Program-made: the position numbers and the translations under genes
Source: the human T2T-CHM13v2.0 reference genome, Homo sapiens
Reading direction: 5' to 3' (one strand)
Length of the DNA: 64,000 nucleotides
Assembly: GCF_009914755.1 (NCBI RefSeq)
Contig: NC_060941.1
Shown here: positions 63,755 to 64,000 of the stretch, in pieces
Layout of the letters: each line of letters starts with the position of its first letter
How positions within the stretch are numbered: the stretch's first letter is position 1
Notes under the pieces: model-generated
Database searches by the model: none
What the model was told of the DNA's origin: nothing
What the model saw: only the letters and a program-made list of their open reading frames with translations

Positions 63755-64000
63755 TTTTTTCTTTTCTTTTGAGACTGAGTTTCTCTCTTGTTGCCCAGGC
63801 TGAAATGCGATGGCACAGTTTTGGCTCACCACAACCTCTGCCTCCCAGGTTCAAGTGATTCTCCTGCCTGCCTCAGCCTCCTGAGTAGCTGGGATTACAG
63901 GCGACCACCACCATGCCTGACTAATTTTGTATTTTTAGTAGAGAAGGCATTTCACCATGTTGGTCAGGATGGTCTCAAACTCCTGACCTCAGGTGATCCG
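63755..64000 (-). mobile_element. AluS, truncated by the window end
   Basis: Antisense Alu motifs. Confidence 0.9.

Overview
Primate (human-like) genomic DNA, mostly intronic and rich in Alu, L1, L2, MIR, LTR and DNA-transposon relics. The only supportable gene content is three + strand exons of a GW182-family gene, most likely TNRC6C: 33896-33995 (100 nt), a 22-nt microexon at 34784-34805 and 61216-61542 (327 nt). They splice in frame to [55 protein letters not shown]...[25 protein letters not shown]...SKLQP, which is collinear with the TNRC6A/TNRC6B N-termini as I recall them. The promoter/first exon and the GW-repeat body lie outside the window. Almost all other ORFs in the track are repeat-derived noise. 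I see no convincing new biological system. The best leads are: (i) the start-site, microexon and out-of-frame ORF logic of the N-terminal extension; (ii) paired local templated duplications, one direct and one inverted, flanking an old L1; (iii) a 148-nt pure-pyrimidine TTC repeat; (iv) candidate recursive-splice, poison-exon and circRNA signals; (v) a few non-repetitive motif-rich or CpG-rich islands. Repeat boundaries are approximate, and subfamily names come from remembered consensus sequences rather than a search.
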